The notes: generated by a model not told the origin, from the sequence alone. Shown: positions 1 to 13,332, counted from the stretch's first letter. The stretch is 64,000 nucleotides of DNA from Phaeosaccion multiseriatum (GCA_965112735.1 OZ218957.1:3348001-3412000); one strand, 5' to 3'. Numbers and translations are program-made.

Positions 1-230
1 GGTCTAGTTTTGGCCCCAAGTTGCAGCTCCGATACTATGGTGCTGTGTTTTTGATGGAAACCTCTCACTCGCCAATGTCTTTGTGTGGTGCGCCGAATGG
101 GAAAGGGATACTGCGCTTACGGCTGCGGCTATTACGGGGTAAAAGTAGCGACATGATTGCTTGAGGAACAGGCAAAGAGAGCTTTTGAAATAATGTTGCT
201 TCTTGGTGCCGCTCACACGTGCCAAACAGG

Positions 231-846
231 CGGATCCAGAGGTTAACGACCCGGTGGGGGAGGAGGAGGAGGAGGAGGACGAAGGAAACAGTGGCGGCGA
301 GGATGAGGTGAGTCCCACTCCTGCCCCCTCTGCAAGCAGAAGCCCCGAGGAGTACGTGTATTGCTGAAGACTAGCCCCGTGCCTTCGTCATCGGGCTGCG
401 CCCTCCTGCTTCTAGAGAGGGCTTAACCAACGCTCAGTGCCCGCTATGTCTCTCCCCTCTCTGTGCTTGGCGACTCCGTACGTGTACCTCTTCACTTGAA
501 GCAACAGCAGGACGAGGACTCGGAGCAGCAAGACGACGAAGAGGACGACGACGCATCGGGAGCAGTAGCAGGAGAAGAAGACAACGATGATGATGATGAT
601 GATGACGATGATGATGACGACGATGAAGACGAGGGCGCTGGGGACGCACCTGGTCTGTCCGACTTGTATAATAGAGACTTTCAGGGAGACGACGAGGAGG
701 ACGAGGAGGACTACGAGGGAGACGAAGGAGGGGGGCCTGCCGGGGACGAAGACGAGGACGAAGATGATGACGACGAGGATGACGACGATGAAGACGAAGA
801 CGACGACGCCCCACCGCCAGGGAAGAAAGCGAGGACGGAGGACTGA
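231..846 (+). CDS. 3' exons of an acidic nuclear protein (ANP32/LANP-like acidic tail with C-terminal NLS); 5' part lies upstream of the window
   Basis: Exon ~231-307 (ADPEVNDPVGEEEE...) ends at GTGAGT. The final exon is D/E-rich, with 'GLSDLYNRDFQGDDEEDEEDY' resembling the ANP32 tail, and ends in the basic NLS PGKKARTED* at 846. Confidence 0.5.
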
Positions 847-1587
847 GGAATGTCAAGGCGCCGACTTCTGACGACCACGTGCAAGCAATGCGATCGATTG
901 GTCGGCGGCACAGGGGAGGGGGGTGAAACGTTGGGCAGCAGAGAACAGCAGAGCCCCTCCTTGCGGGATACACCGAACAAAACGTTACAGAACATGTACA
1001 AAGAAAAGGGAAGGCACAAAAGCATTGTTCCACATCTGCGCGGAAGGGATGATGGAGCCTCACACGTGCAAGCAATATATGTTTGAAGTTATTTTAATTT
1101 TAAAATTAAAAGGAAGGCCAAGTGCAGGAGGAAAGGGGGAAGAGAACATATTGACATACTGTAGGTAGTACTTCGTAGTACTTGGCATGGGCATCGAGCC
1201 TCAAGAGAGCCTTACGTACGACCCTCCCGCTTGTTGAAGAGAGCTTGCAAGCTCGTGCGTGCGTCGATGAGTCTGTCAGCAGATCGATAGCTTGTCAGTC
1301 TCCAGCTGGCATATATTTTGCACAGAAGGCCTTCCCTTCCCTGACGGCAATCAACTGTCGCTCTCCCAACGAAATGAATAAATGAACGCTAAATGAATAA
1401 ATGAACACTAAATACAATAGGAGGGACCTCCGCGCGTGAAAGCCCATACATCGACCCCTGACGTGCTATCGACGCATTCTCGATAGCACACGCTATCGGC
1501 CGACGGCGATGGCAGATAGCAGATAGCACAGGAGGGGTGTCGCTCACTAACACGCACGCAAGCACACACGCACACACGCACACCCAC

Positions 1588-2634
1588 TCAGCTGAGGTAG
1601 AACTTGTGAAGCTCCTTCATGTGTCTTCGCTGCGGCTGAGCGGCAGGGTGCCACTGCTGCATCTGCAGCCCCATCAAGCGGACGTCTGCTTTGGTGAGAG
1701 GGGCAGGACCGCCACCACTAGTAGCTGCCATCTCACCACCACCAACAGCAGCAGCACTGCCAGCAGCACTACCAGCTGAAGCCCCCGCGGCACCCCCCGG
1801 AGCAGCAGAAGCGCCGTTTGCCTTGCGCCTGCCGAGCGGCAACAAGGCGGCTAGGCAGAGGACGACGGAAGTGTCACAGCCGGAGCCACACACGACAAGC
1901 GCATCGAAGGGTCTAGTTGCGGTGCAGCTGCTGCTGCTGCTGCTCCTGCCGCTGCTGCTGTCCGTAATAGTCCTTCGTCCACAACGGTCACACACGCCAC
2001 CAGGACCACCACTACCACCACCATTACCACTACCACCACTACTACCAACACCACCATCACCAGTGACCTCGCCTCGCCCCGAAGTCTTGTTCAGAAAGGC
2101 CAAAGCCTCGGGAAAGATTACATCCTGCCAAATGCGGGCTTTGTTGGCTCTCTTACCGTTGTTGAGGCAAAGGTGTAGGAAGGGCCGATGCCGAGCACTG
2201 GCCACAACCTTCGGCAAGGCCTCTTCGCCGCAGTACAGGACGGGGGCGCACAGGGGGCAGGGCCTTTGGCAGCAGCGGCAGCGACGATTCTCCATGCCTT
2301 CTTTATGGCCCCCTCCACTTCCATCTGTAACCTCACCGCCACCAGGACCGGTGTCCTCCTCCCTGCGGTCGCTGCAGCTGTTCGTACCACCAACGGCTGT
2401 ATCATCAAGTGCGGCTGCCGCTCCTTTGGCTCCACATGCCTGACAGGCCTGGAGGAGGGCGGAAACGGACGCCACCGTCAGCCCCGTGTCCCCGAGGGGG
2501 CACCACACGGCAGGTGCTGAGAACACCTCCAGAGAGAGGGAGGGAGAGAGACAAGAAGCACTTGCTGTTGTTGATGCGGTCGTGCTTGCAATGCCATTAG
2601 AGCTATCCTCTCCGTCCTCCTGCTCCTCCTCCTG

Positions 2635-2671
<37 letters not shown>

Positions 2672-3535
2672 GTCGCCAACTCCTGCAGCTGCGGTTGCCC
2701 CCTCGTGGTGACGGAGTGCGCCGCGACCACAGCCGCCACCTTGGCATTGAGAGCAATGGCGTTACGTTACAGGGTCATACGGTTACATAGGGGGGCGTGT
2801 AGGGTTCGGTGTAGAGATTTAGGGTTGCTGTTACCTTGGCATTGAGAGCAATCGGGCAGTCCAGCGAGAGAAGGCTCTCGGCGTTGGTCCAGAACATGCG
2901 CGCGGTGAGTCCACGGCACCACATCTCCTCTGAGGATATACACACATACACACACATGGATACATGCACACAGCAGATGGATAGACAGATGGGTTGATGG
3001 ACAGATGGATAGATAGACATATGGATAGATGTATAGATAGACAGATGGATAGACAGATGGATAGATCGACAGATGGGTAGACAGATGGATAGAAAGAAAG
3101 ACGGAAAGATGGATAGATAGACAGATGGATAGGTAGACAGATGGGTGGATAAACAGATGGGTAGATAGACAGATGGATAGAAAGAAAGACGGAAAGATGG
3201 ATAGATAGACAGATGGATAGGTAGACAGATGGGTGGATAGACAGATGGGTAGATAGAGACATGGATCGAAAGACAGACGGATAGACAGATACAGTTTAAG
3301 AGAGATGGGGAAAAGGGAGAAGGATGAATGGGGCTGGATGGATCGGACTCAGACTAATCAGGGTTTAGTTTCAGTTTTCAGCTTACGTGACCTTATCAAT
3401 ATCGAACGCCACCATGATAATGGGACCGATGTCGAAGTCAGAGGTTAGGAGAAGTAGCAGTAAGTCAGTAAGTGGATGGATATCGATCGTATGACGCGAT
3501 GCGCACAAGACTGCTACACGCCACCTGTCAATGGG

Positions 3536-3574
<39 letters not shown>

Positions 3575-5940
3575 CAAGAGATCGATCAGTCACTTGCCGC
3601 ACATACACACTTCATTTCGCACTTGCCATCGTCGCCAGCGCCTTGTATGTATGTCCAACTGTGCCGCTGGCGGTGATCTGGACTCCGCCAAGGGGGGGCA
3701 AGAGGGAGCAAGGCGGCCGGGGGGGAGGAAGCGAGACGAGAAGGTAAGAGTAGAGTATGTAGGAAGGGTGTCGGAACACCAGTCTTGACTACACCGCGAA
3801 GATGGGGGAGGGGTGTGGGGAGAGGAGAGGAACGTGCCCCCGAGCGGTAGTCATGGTGTAGTCATGATATCCCTCCCTCCTCCTCTTGGGAGTAGGCCAG
3901 CACCCCCAAATTAGCCCCCCCCCCCCGCCCCGCCTACACCACTTGTACCATGCCAGTCCGTACGCACGCACGCACACCAACAAGCTCAGCCACGCGCACG
4001 CCCACACGCACCTTTTCTGCAGACTGGCTCGCTTGCCGAAACACAGAGGACGGGTAGAAAGGCCAACACGGAGGGGTCGGCGGCAGGCAACATTCCCTCT
4101 ATGAGGTTGCTGTCCGCCGACAGCCACACAGGGCGGAGGGGCTTGTGCAGGAGAGGGGCGAGCTGGCGCTCCAGGGGGGCACGCATGGGTCCCAGACCTT
4201 CCAGAAAGCCTGGTGGAGGCGGACGGAGGTGCTAAGTCAGTCAAGCTCCAATGTTTGGAGAGAACAAATGTTCAAGTGTTGCGTGTGCGTTGAAGAGTGT
4301 CATGGCAGTCGACTTACGGAGGAGGAGGGAGAGGAGAAGGAGGAGGACGAGGACGAGGAGGACGAGGAGGAAGAGGGGGAAGTAGCAGCAAGGCCAGAGA
4401 GCAAGAAAGCAACAGCAGCAAGCAAAGATGCCTTTGCCCTTGACGAACAAGACTGATGATGACACTCACCGCCCAAAAGTCCCCCCCTTCCCCTCCCCTC
4501 CACTCCCCTCCCCTCTCCCCCACCCAGTCTCGGATCGTGGCCTTGAGCGCTCACCGTCCATTCTCGCTTCAATTTGATCTCTGACGGACGGAGGTATCCA
4601 AGGCGGAAGTTGCACGGACTCCCAGTCGTCCCCTGCATCCTCCCTCTCCTCCTCCTCTACCTCCTCCTCCTCCTCCTCCTCCTCCTCCTCCTCCTCCTCC
4701 TCCTCCTCTTCCTCCTCCTCCTCCTCCTCCTCCTCCCCCTCCCCCTCCTCTTCCTCCTCCTCCTCCTCCTCCTCCTCCCCCTCCTCCTCCTCCTCCTCCC
4801 CCTCCTCCTCCTCCTCCTCCTCCTCCTCCTCCTCCCCCTCCCCCTCCTCCTCCTCTTCCTCGACGCCTTCCCTTCCTACTCTCCCCTCACGTTCCTTCCC
4901 CTTCCCCGCTTCCAAGCCTTTTCGTTGGAGCGACCGAACCCTCCTCCTCCCCCTCCCCCCCCTCCCCCCCCTCCAGCTGCTGCTACTGCTACTCCTACTG
5001 CGGCCGGTCTGAGCGATCCGATTGAGCACAGCGCACCAGATGGGAACTGTGGCGTTGAAACTGTCTGGAAAGCGCTTGCCCCTCTTGGTGGAGTCCACAA
5101 GGAAGACGCCTCTTCAGTAGAGGTAGCGAGAGAGTAACGGAAGAGAGGGAGGCAATGAAATAAGTCAATGAGTGATGTACAGTGTGTGAGACAAGGGCAC
5201 TGAGAGAAAGGGGGGGCGTATTGGCGCATTGTACCAGGAGGAGGAGGAGGAGGAGGAGGAGGAGGACGAGGAGAAGAAGAAGAGTGAGCATCAATGATAT
5301 GCAGGGCAGGCTTGGAACCGTCTCCCTTACCCGCTTCGAGCTGCGGCCTCTGCCACATGCAGATTCAGTCGAGCATAGCTGAAGCTCTGTGGGTTGATGG
5401 CGAAGGAGGGGAATGGAAGGGAAAACGAAGGGTGGGTGGAGTCGATGAGGGCATAAACGACAAGGAAGACGGAGAAAGCAGTGAGCAAAGCGCGCAACGC
5501 ACCCACCCACCCACCCACCCACCCACCCAGTTGCCGTGATGCCCGTCTCCGGACTTGAAGGTACAAGAACCGTCCCAGTGGCTGCGGTACCACACACCGT
5601 TGCGGAGATTGGCGAACACGGGGTAGCGGCAGCCTTCACATCGGTACAGATCCAGCACATGAGACACGAACTGCAGAGACAAGTGGGGAGATAGGAGGAG
5701 TTGTTGGCTGAGAGCATGCAGGGGTAGGACAGGCGCGTCTCGCTCTCTCTTTTGAAACTGAGCTTCGAGCTTCTTCCTCACCTCGGCGTCGAGGGAAATA
5801 GACTTCAGATAGTTGGCGAGAGATTTCCTCTCCTGCTGCTTAACCTTGTTTTCGAGCCTTCTGATGGAAAACTCATTGGACAAAGTGCTACTTTGGGCAC
5901 CTTGCATGGAGAATCCCTCGATCTCCGCCAGTTTGGCCAT
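1588..5940 (-). CDS. RIT1: Initiator tRNA A64 2'-O-ribosylphosphate transferase (Rit1), multi-exon, with C-terminal DUSP-like domain
   Basis: Rit1 motifs across exons: YPVFANLRNGVWY...FKSGDGH..NW|SFSYARLNLH, VDSTKRGKRFPDSFNATVPIWCAVLNR, EEMWCRGLTARMFW, LVVCGSGCDTSV, and QPQRRHMKELHKFY at the C-terminus. Confidence 0.9.
2975..3290. repeat. GATA/GACA/GATG tetranucleotide satellite in a RIT1 intron, with an ~88-bp higher-order duplication
   Basis: Direct reading; the block agaaagaaagacggaaagatgg recurs at 3091 and 3179. Confidence 0.85.
4640..4860 (-). repeat. (GAG)n microsatellite encoding a long poly-Glu tract in a RIT1 exon
   Basis: (CCT)n on +, in frame with the DSTKRGKRF exon (ORF 4466..5098). 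Confidence 0.85.
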
Positions 5941-6336
5941 TGCGAAGGCGTGTCAGCTGATTAATCTTTCTTTTCTTTTCATGTCTCCACACTCGATTCC
6001 ACACTCTCAACCTGTTGTTGTCATGTTGGACACCCACGTGCCAATTGTGACCGGATGGCACTGGATGTCCTTGTCGCTCGTCAAGTTTGAACACTCACTT
6101 TTTTTTTCCTTTGTCCCTTCCGCCAGAAGCAGCCGGAGAAAGAGTTCGTTTAAAGAGATACTGCAGAGAGAGGACAGAGACACACAGGGAGGGAGGAGGT
6201 GAGTCCAGGAGAAGCGTAGACAGCCACGGTTGCTCTTCCAGAGAAACTTTAACCTTCAAACTCTTCCCCTTCCCCCACTTTTGTTCCCTCTCTTACTCCG
6301 CTCTCCTCCTCGCCCACCCCCCTTCCCCCCCCAGCC

Positions 6337-7490
6337 ATGCCTATGTTCGTCGTGAAGCGCGACGGGCGAAAGGAGAACGTGCAGTTTGATAAGATCACTG
6401 CCCGCATCAAGAAGCTGTGCTACGGCCTGAACGATGACTATGTTGACCCCGTGATGATCTCCCAGAAGGTAAGAGCGAGGGCGGGAGAAGAGCGGGGACG
6501 GGGGGAAGCAGCGCGCAGAGAGAGAAGCCCTAGCCTTAGTTGCATCGCGCTGGTAGTGGTTGGCCTTGTAGGCAGTCTCGGCTGGTACTGTGTGGTGGGA
6601 GATGCAGGCGGGAATTTGAATCGGGCACCATGGCGAGAACCCCGTCAAAACAACAATGCTGCAGTAGTAGTGTAAGTACAGTAGAAGTATGTTGACTGCA
6701 ACAGGGTGATCCCGAGGCTGAAAGAGTGTGGAGGACCAGCGAATGGCGACGGCAGAGACAGGCTGTGGACAGTTTTGAGAAAGGTCGGGCAAGGGAGAGG
6801 AGAGGGGGAGGTTGTCTCTCCCCTCCACCCACGCACCACCCCCCTTCCCCTTCTCCTTCTCGCGAGCCTGAGCCCTTTGTCCTTTCTCTTCCGGTCCTTC
6901 CTCCCCCAAGGTGATCCAAGGAGTATACCCCGGAGTGACCACGTCGGAGCTGGACGAGCTTGCCGCGCAAACCGCCGCCTACATGGCCACCAGACACCCC
7001 GATCTCTCCATCCTCGCGGCCCGTATCTCCGTGAGCAACTTGCATAAGAACACCTGCAAGGTCTTCAGCGAAGCCATCGAGGCTCTGCGCCACTACAAGC
7101 ACCCCAAGACTGGGGACCCCGCCCCGCTCATCAGCAAGGAGGTGTACGAGTGTATCCTGCGCAACAAGGACAGGCTCAACAGCGCCATCATCAACGATAG
7201 GGACTTTGACTACGACTACTTCGGGTAAGGGTTTGTGTGTTGTTGTTGTTGTTGCTGGTCACAGCTGGCTGACGCTGCCTGTTTCCCCTCACCCCCTGGC
7301 CCCTGACAGCTTCAAGACTCTGGAGAAGAGTTATCTGCTGCGGATGGACGGACAAGTCGTAGAGAGACCTTCCCACATGGTGAGCAGGGGAGGGGACGGG
7401 AGAACGGAGATGGGAGGGATGGTAGTGGATGTGCGAGAGAGAATATTCAGGGACGGACTTGATGACCTTAGCGTTTGAGGCATCCCCTCA

Positions 7491-7557
<67 letters not shown>

Positions 7558-10500
7558 GCCTACCACCCCCCCCTTTGAGTCGGTCCCGCCCATGCCGCTG
7601 CTTGCCCCTCCTTGCGTCGCACCTCTCTCCTCTCTCCTCTCTCTTCTCCCGTCCTCACCCTTCTCCTCCCCCCCCTCCCCCTCTACCATCCACTGCCATG
7701 CCTTGCATTGACATCCTCCCCCCTCCCCCTGCCATCCACTGCCGTGTGTCTATCTACCTTACCCTCCTCTGTGCTCTGACAGATCATGCGAGTGGCTGTG
7801 GGCATTCACATGGACGACATCGACAGCGCCGTGGAAACATACAATCTCATGAGTCAGAAGCTCTTCACACACGCCACCCCCACTCTCTTCAATGCAGGCA
7901 AGTCGAAACTCTCTCTCTCTTCTCTTTGTCTCGTCTCTCTTGTGTGTACAGCTCCCCTCTCTCTCTCTCTCTTACACACACTTAACACACACGTGGTGCG
8001 CCACCCCACCCTCTTTAACGCAGGCACCCCTCGGCCGCAGCTCAGCTCGTGCTTCCTTCTTAACGTCAAGGTGAGAAGGCAGAGAGTGTTAACTGACCCG
8101 CCTTCCGCCACTCCCTCACCCAACACATAACCAAACGCCCACCCATCCCCGCCCACTTATTTGCTTGACTTACTCACTTCCTTCCTTCCTCTCCCTTCCT
8201 TCCTTCATTCCTTCCTTCCTTCCTTCCTCCTTCCTCTCTCTTCCTCCGTCCCTTCCTCCGTCCCTTCCTCCGTCCCTTCCTCTCCCTTCCTTCCTCTCCC
8301 TCCCTCCCTCCCTCCCGCCCTCCCTCCCTTTCTCCGTCCCTTCCTCCGTCCCTTCTTCCCTCCCTTCCTTCCCTCCCTTCCTTCCCTCCTTCCTTCCCTC
8401 CTTCCTTCCTTCCTTCCGTCCTTCCTGGCCTTCTCAGGAGGACAGCATCGAGGGCATCTATGACACGCTCAAGCAGTGCGCGTGTATCTCCAAGTTCGCA
8501 GGGGGCATAGGCATCTCCATGCACCACGTTAGGGCCACGGACAGGTAGGTGCAGGTGTTGGTGATACAGGGGGGGGGGGCTGGGGGGGGGGAGGGCACAT
8601 ATTCTTGGGGCACACTTCTTGGGCACGGCACATATCTCCTCTCCTCCCCCTCCTCCTCCTCCTCCTCCTGCTGCTCCTCCTCCTCCTCCTCCCCCCCCCC
8701 CCTCCCCCTCCTCCTCCTCCCCCTCCCCCTCCCCCTCCTCTTGCTCCTCCTCCTCCTCCTCCTCCTCCTCCACCACCACCACCTTCCTCCTTGCCAATGA
8801 ACTGAAACTGTGAACTGAGCTGTCCAGTACCTGTGATCTGTGACCCGTGATTTTTGCTTATTTGACAGTTACATCCGCGGCAGCAACGGGACCTCCAACG
8901 GCATCGTGCCCATGCTGCGTGTGTTCAATGACACGGCTCGCTATGTGGATCAGGGGGGAGGCAAGCGCAAGGGGAGCTTCGCCATATACCTCGAGCCCTG
9001 GCACGCGGACATCTTCGCATTCCTGGACCTGAGGAAGGTGAGTGGGCACTAAGTCAATGGGGGGTGGTACTAAGTCAATGGGTGGGTGGTACTAAGTCAA
9101 TGGGTGGGTGGTACTAAGTCAATGGGTGAGTGGGGGTGGATGGATGCTGATGTGGGTGTGTGACGGTACACACCATCCCCATCGGCCCCTCCCTACTATG
9201 TCAGTAAATAACCCCACACTACATCCCGCTGTCCTCATGGGTCTCTCCTCCATATACATCAGAACCACGGAAACGAGATGGAGCGAGCCAGGGACTTGTT
9301 CTACGGACTGTGGATTCCCGACCTCTTCATGCAACGGGTGGAGCAGGACGGGGATTGGAGCCTGTTCTGTCCGAACGAGGCCCCAGGCATGCCGGACACT
9401 CACGGGGATGACTTTGAGGCGCTGTACACAGGGTATGAGGCGGAGGGGAAGGCACGGAAAGTCATCAAGGCGAGGACTTTGTGGCAGGCCATCGTGGATT
9501 CGCAGGTGAGGGAGGGAGGGAGGGAGGATGGAGGGGAGGGAGGGAGGGAGGTGAGGAGAAGGATGGAGGGAGGGGGAAGGGAGGGAGGGAGGGATGGGCT
9601 GGGTGAGAGGGAGGGAGGGGGGAAGGGAGGCATGGGTGGGTGGGCGGGAGAGGGAGGGAGGCATGGGTGCATTGGCGCGTCAGCTCAGCGATGTCGCTAC
9701 CGATTGATCTGGAACTAAACTCAAACTCAAACTCTCGCTCTCATGACATACCATGACCCACAGGTGGAGACAGGCACTCCTTACATGTTGTACAAGGACG
9801 CGTGCAACAACAAGTCCAATCAGAAGAACCTCGGCACCATCAAGAGCTCCAACCTCTGCACCGAGATCCTCGAGTACACGGACCCGGGGGAGGTGGCCGT
9901 GTGCAACCTCGCCAGTCTCAACCTCAGGTTAGTACGGCAGTTGGTGGTACGGCAGTTGGTTGTTCCGTTGTGTGTTGTGATATTTGTAGGCTTTGGGTGT
10001 GGGTTAGGGTTGGGGTTATTATGGGTTTGCTTGGGAGGGAATGACCCAACTACCCAACCAAACAACCAACCAACTCCTCTCTGTTTGACACACGTTGTAT
10101 ATACAGCGCCATGGTGAAGACCACAGATGTCGGCCCTCCCACCTTCGACCACGACCTGCTCAAGAGCATCACCAAAGTCGTCACCAAGAACCTCAACAAG
10201 GTTAGTATGTCAGTGAAAGGGGAGGGAGGGAGGGAGGGAGGGAGGAAGGAGGAGTGAGAGAGAAAGGGGGGAAGGGAGGGAGGGAGAGAAAGGAAGAGGG
10301 AGGAGAGATGCTCAGTACGAGTAGTGGCAAATAAGGCGCTTCTTGACGACACGGCAATGATGACTACACCTTTCAAGTGGGAATCTCAGCGAGCGGGTCT
10401 GTAGTGGACGCCGCTTTGAACTCAATTCAGGTCCAAGTCCTCCTTAAAGGGGGACAGGCTGAGTCTTGTCGCAATTGGAGCACGTCTGTTCTTCTCCGAG

Positions 10501-12237
10501 CAATTAGGCAGACAGAGAGAGAGAAAGAGAAAGAGCCTTCTCCCCCTCTCCCTCCCTCCTTCCCTTTGTGTCATTTTCTCTCTCCCTTCCTCCAGCCTCA
10601 CCCTTTGTGTACCTCATTCCCTCCCGCACCCTCGCTAGGTGATTGACGTCAACTACTACCCCGTGGATGAGGCACGTTACAGCAACATGCGCCATCGCCC
10701 CATCGGCATCGGCGTACAGGGCCTGGCCGACTGCTTCGCCCGCCTGCGCGTCCCCTTCGACTCCGATGAGGCACGCACCATCAACAAGGATATCTTCGAG
10801 ACCATGTACTTCGGAGCCCTCGAAGCCAGTTGTGAATTGGCGGCCAAGGACGGCACCTACGAGACATACCCGGGGTCCCCTGCCTCCGAGGGCTTGCTCC
10901 AGTTCGACATGTGGGGGGTGACGCCTTCCTCCGGCCGCTGGGACTGGGCAGGCTTGAAGGAGCAGATTGCGCAGCACGGCTTGAGGAACTCGCTCTTGTT
11001 GGCGCCCATGCCGACGGCTTCGACGGCCCAGATCTTGGGCAATAACGAGGGCTTTGAGCCTTTTACCTCCAACATGTACAACAGAAGGGTGTTGGCGGGG
11101 GAGTTTGCGTGTGTCAACAAGTACCTGCTCAAGGACCTGGTGCGTGAGGGAGGGAGTTGGTGATACGGACACAGGGATGGAGAGAGGGAGTGAGGGAGTG
11201 AGTGAGGAAGGAGAGGAGAGGAGAGGGGAGGGGGAGGGGAGGGGAAGCAAGCATTCCAGTGGAGATGAGGATGAGCGATACAACTATACTCTCTGAGTGC
11301 CCCATCCCTTACCCCTGCCCTAATGCCCTCAACAATGAATGCCCCCTCGCTCTCTTAGGTGGAGCGCGGTCTGTGGAGCGACAGCATCCGCAATCAGGTC
11401 ATGGCCAATGGAGGGAGTGTACAGGGCATCAGCGGCATCCCCAAAGACATTAGGGACCTCTACAAAACCGTCTGGGAAAGTGAGTGTATCGTACCGCAGT
11501 TGGAAGCACAGCAGTTGGTAGTACAGCAGTCACTCACCTACCCTGCCCTGCCCTGCCCTGCCTTGCCCATACACCTGTACCTTTCCCTAACCCTTACAGT
11601 CAGCCAGAAGAAGCTCATCGACATGGCCGCCGACCGAGGGGCCTTTATCTGCCAGTCGCAAAGCCTCAACATTCACATGGCGGACCCAACCCACGGCAAG
11701 CTCACCTCCATGCACTTCTACGCCTGGAAGCAGGGCCTCAAGACCGGCATGTACTACCTGCGCACACGGCCCCGTGCAGACGCCATTCAGTTCACTGTGG
11801 ACCAGGACAGCCTCAAGCAGGTGTGTGTGTGTGTGTGCGTGTGTGTGTGTGTGCGGGTATGTGGGCATGGGTGTGTGTGTATGTGTGTGTATGTGTGTGG
11901 GTGTGCGCTTGCGTGTGCGTATGCGTGTGGGTATGTGCGTGTGTGCGTGTGTGCGTGTGTATGTGTCGGTGTGTGCGTGTGTGTGTGTGAGTGTTGATTG
12001 CTGATACGTACCCCCATTGGACTCCGTTGGACTCCCTCGTCCCTGGGCAGACAGACGCTGAAACCCTAGAGGCCGTTTGGTGCTCACCCCTCCTATCCAC
12101 TCCCATCCACTGCCATCCCCCCATCCACTGCCACCCACTGCCATCGCTGCCCCTTCCAGTCCAACAAGGAGAACGCAGCGGCGGCCGCCTCGGAAGCGAA
12201 GTACGAAGACGAGGACTGCCTCAGTTGTGGGGCGTGA
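6337..12237 (+). CDS. RNR1: Ribonucleoside-diphosphate reductase large subunit (class Ia R1), about 14 exons
   Basis: ATP-cone [22 protein letters not shown]; [17 protein letters not shown]; [19 protein letters not shown]; [12 protein letters not shown]; VCNLAS; [12 protein letters not shown]; [15 protein letters not shown]; [10 protein letters not shown]; last exon 12160-12237 SNKEN...DCLSCGA* with the terminal CxxC. Confidence 0.98.
9047..9132 (+). repeat. 22-bp tandem repeat (tactaagtcaatgggtgggtgg) x4 next to an RNR1 5' splice site
   Basis: Direct reading; the array ends in a second ggtgagtggg identical to the donor context. Confidence 0.85.
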
Positions 12238-12299
12238 GCGCTTGCGTGCGTGCGTGCGTGCGTGCGTGAGTGCTCAGCACCACCCACCCCCCTTCTCAT

Positions 12300-13300
12300 A
12301 TCCTCGCTTGGAAGAGAGTCAAGAGTAAAGGACTCGTCGTTACCTCCCCAAGGAGAAGGAACATCTGAGGGTGGGCAGGCTCCATTCCCATATGCCTCCC
12401 ATGATGGGAGAGGAATATGGGCATGCAACAGATCAGGAGCTGTCGTAGAGCTGTCCCAGAGCTGTAGTATGAGCCGACGAGAGAGACGGGTCAGACCCAA
12501 GGGGGCTGTGTCGAGCCCTGACAGCAAGTGGCAGCCGAAGGACGAAAGCCGCGCATGCCTGACCTGACCCTCCGTAAAGGGGTGAAGGGGGATGTACGTA
12601 TGTTGTCCTCTGTGCTCCATGTAAAAACAAATCAAAGCAGTCCTCTTTTGAATTACAAGGGGGGGTGATCGGAAGACTGATCTTCTCCAAGAGTGGCACA
12701 ATTCTTGCCACGCCCTGCGCTTGAAGAGTTCGTGCGAACATCGACAGCAAGCCCTCCTTTACAGTACGAGATACTTTTTTCGTCCTGGCTCAGATAGGAG
12801 CAGGAATCACCTCATTCAGTTACCTGTGAGGAGTGGGTGAGGCGAAGTTATGGTGGGAGTCTCTTGGGGTCGACGATGAGGGACTCCTTCCTTGACACGA
12901 GTTGGTTGGTAGGTTACGGGAAGAAAGAGAGGTATTCGCAGGTGTCACCATGCAACGTGTTGAAGAGCAGGGGAATTGGCGTGGACCTTGACATCGTAGC
13001 GGGTGTGCTCATCCCTGGTGGCGTCGTCCTCCGGAGGAGCGAGGAGCTCCATCAGGCTTGTGTCCATCCGTAGTAGGAGGAGGATGATCATGGCGTGGGG
13101 TCGGTCCATGGAAGTGACGGGTGAGGAAGTCGAGCTATGTGCCCAGGTGTTGTCTCTGGGTCCATCCATGCCGGTGTAGGGCCCAGTGGAAAGAACAGGT
13201 ACGCTCGTAGCGGCTGCGGCCATGGCTTCATGCATCGCTGGCAGAGAGACGTCAAGCAGGCTCATAACCTGAGCTGGAAACCCCTTAATCAATCCTTCGC
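12300..13300. other. Non-repetitive intergenic segment between convergent RNR1 and PPR genes; possible decayed gene or mobile-element remnant
   Basis: Complex sequence with short interrupted minus-strand ORFs (12093..12701, 12945..13292); no recognisable domain. Confidence 0.2.
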
Positions 13301-13332
13301 TCTACGTAATATTAGGTGTATAATCATATAAT

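Noticed and set aside
7898-8023. Intein in RNR1
   Set aside because: Only 42 codons, no C/S...HN-C splice residues; the GC-AG ends and pyrimidine tract indicate a spliceosomal intron.
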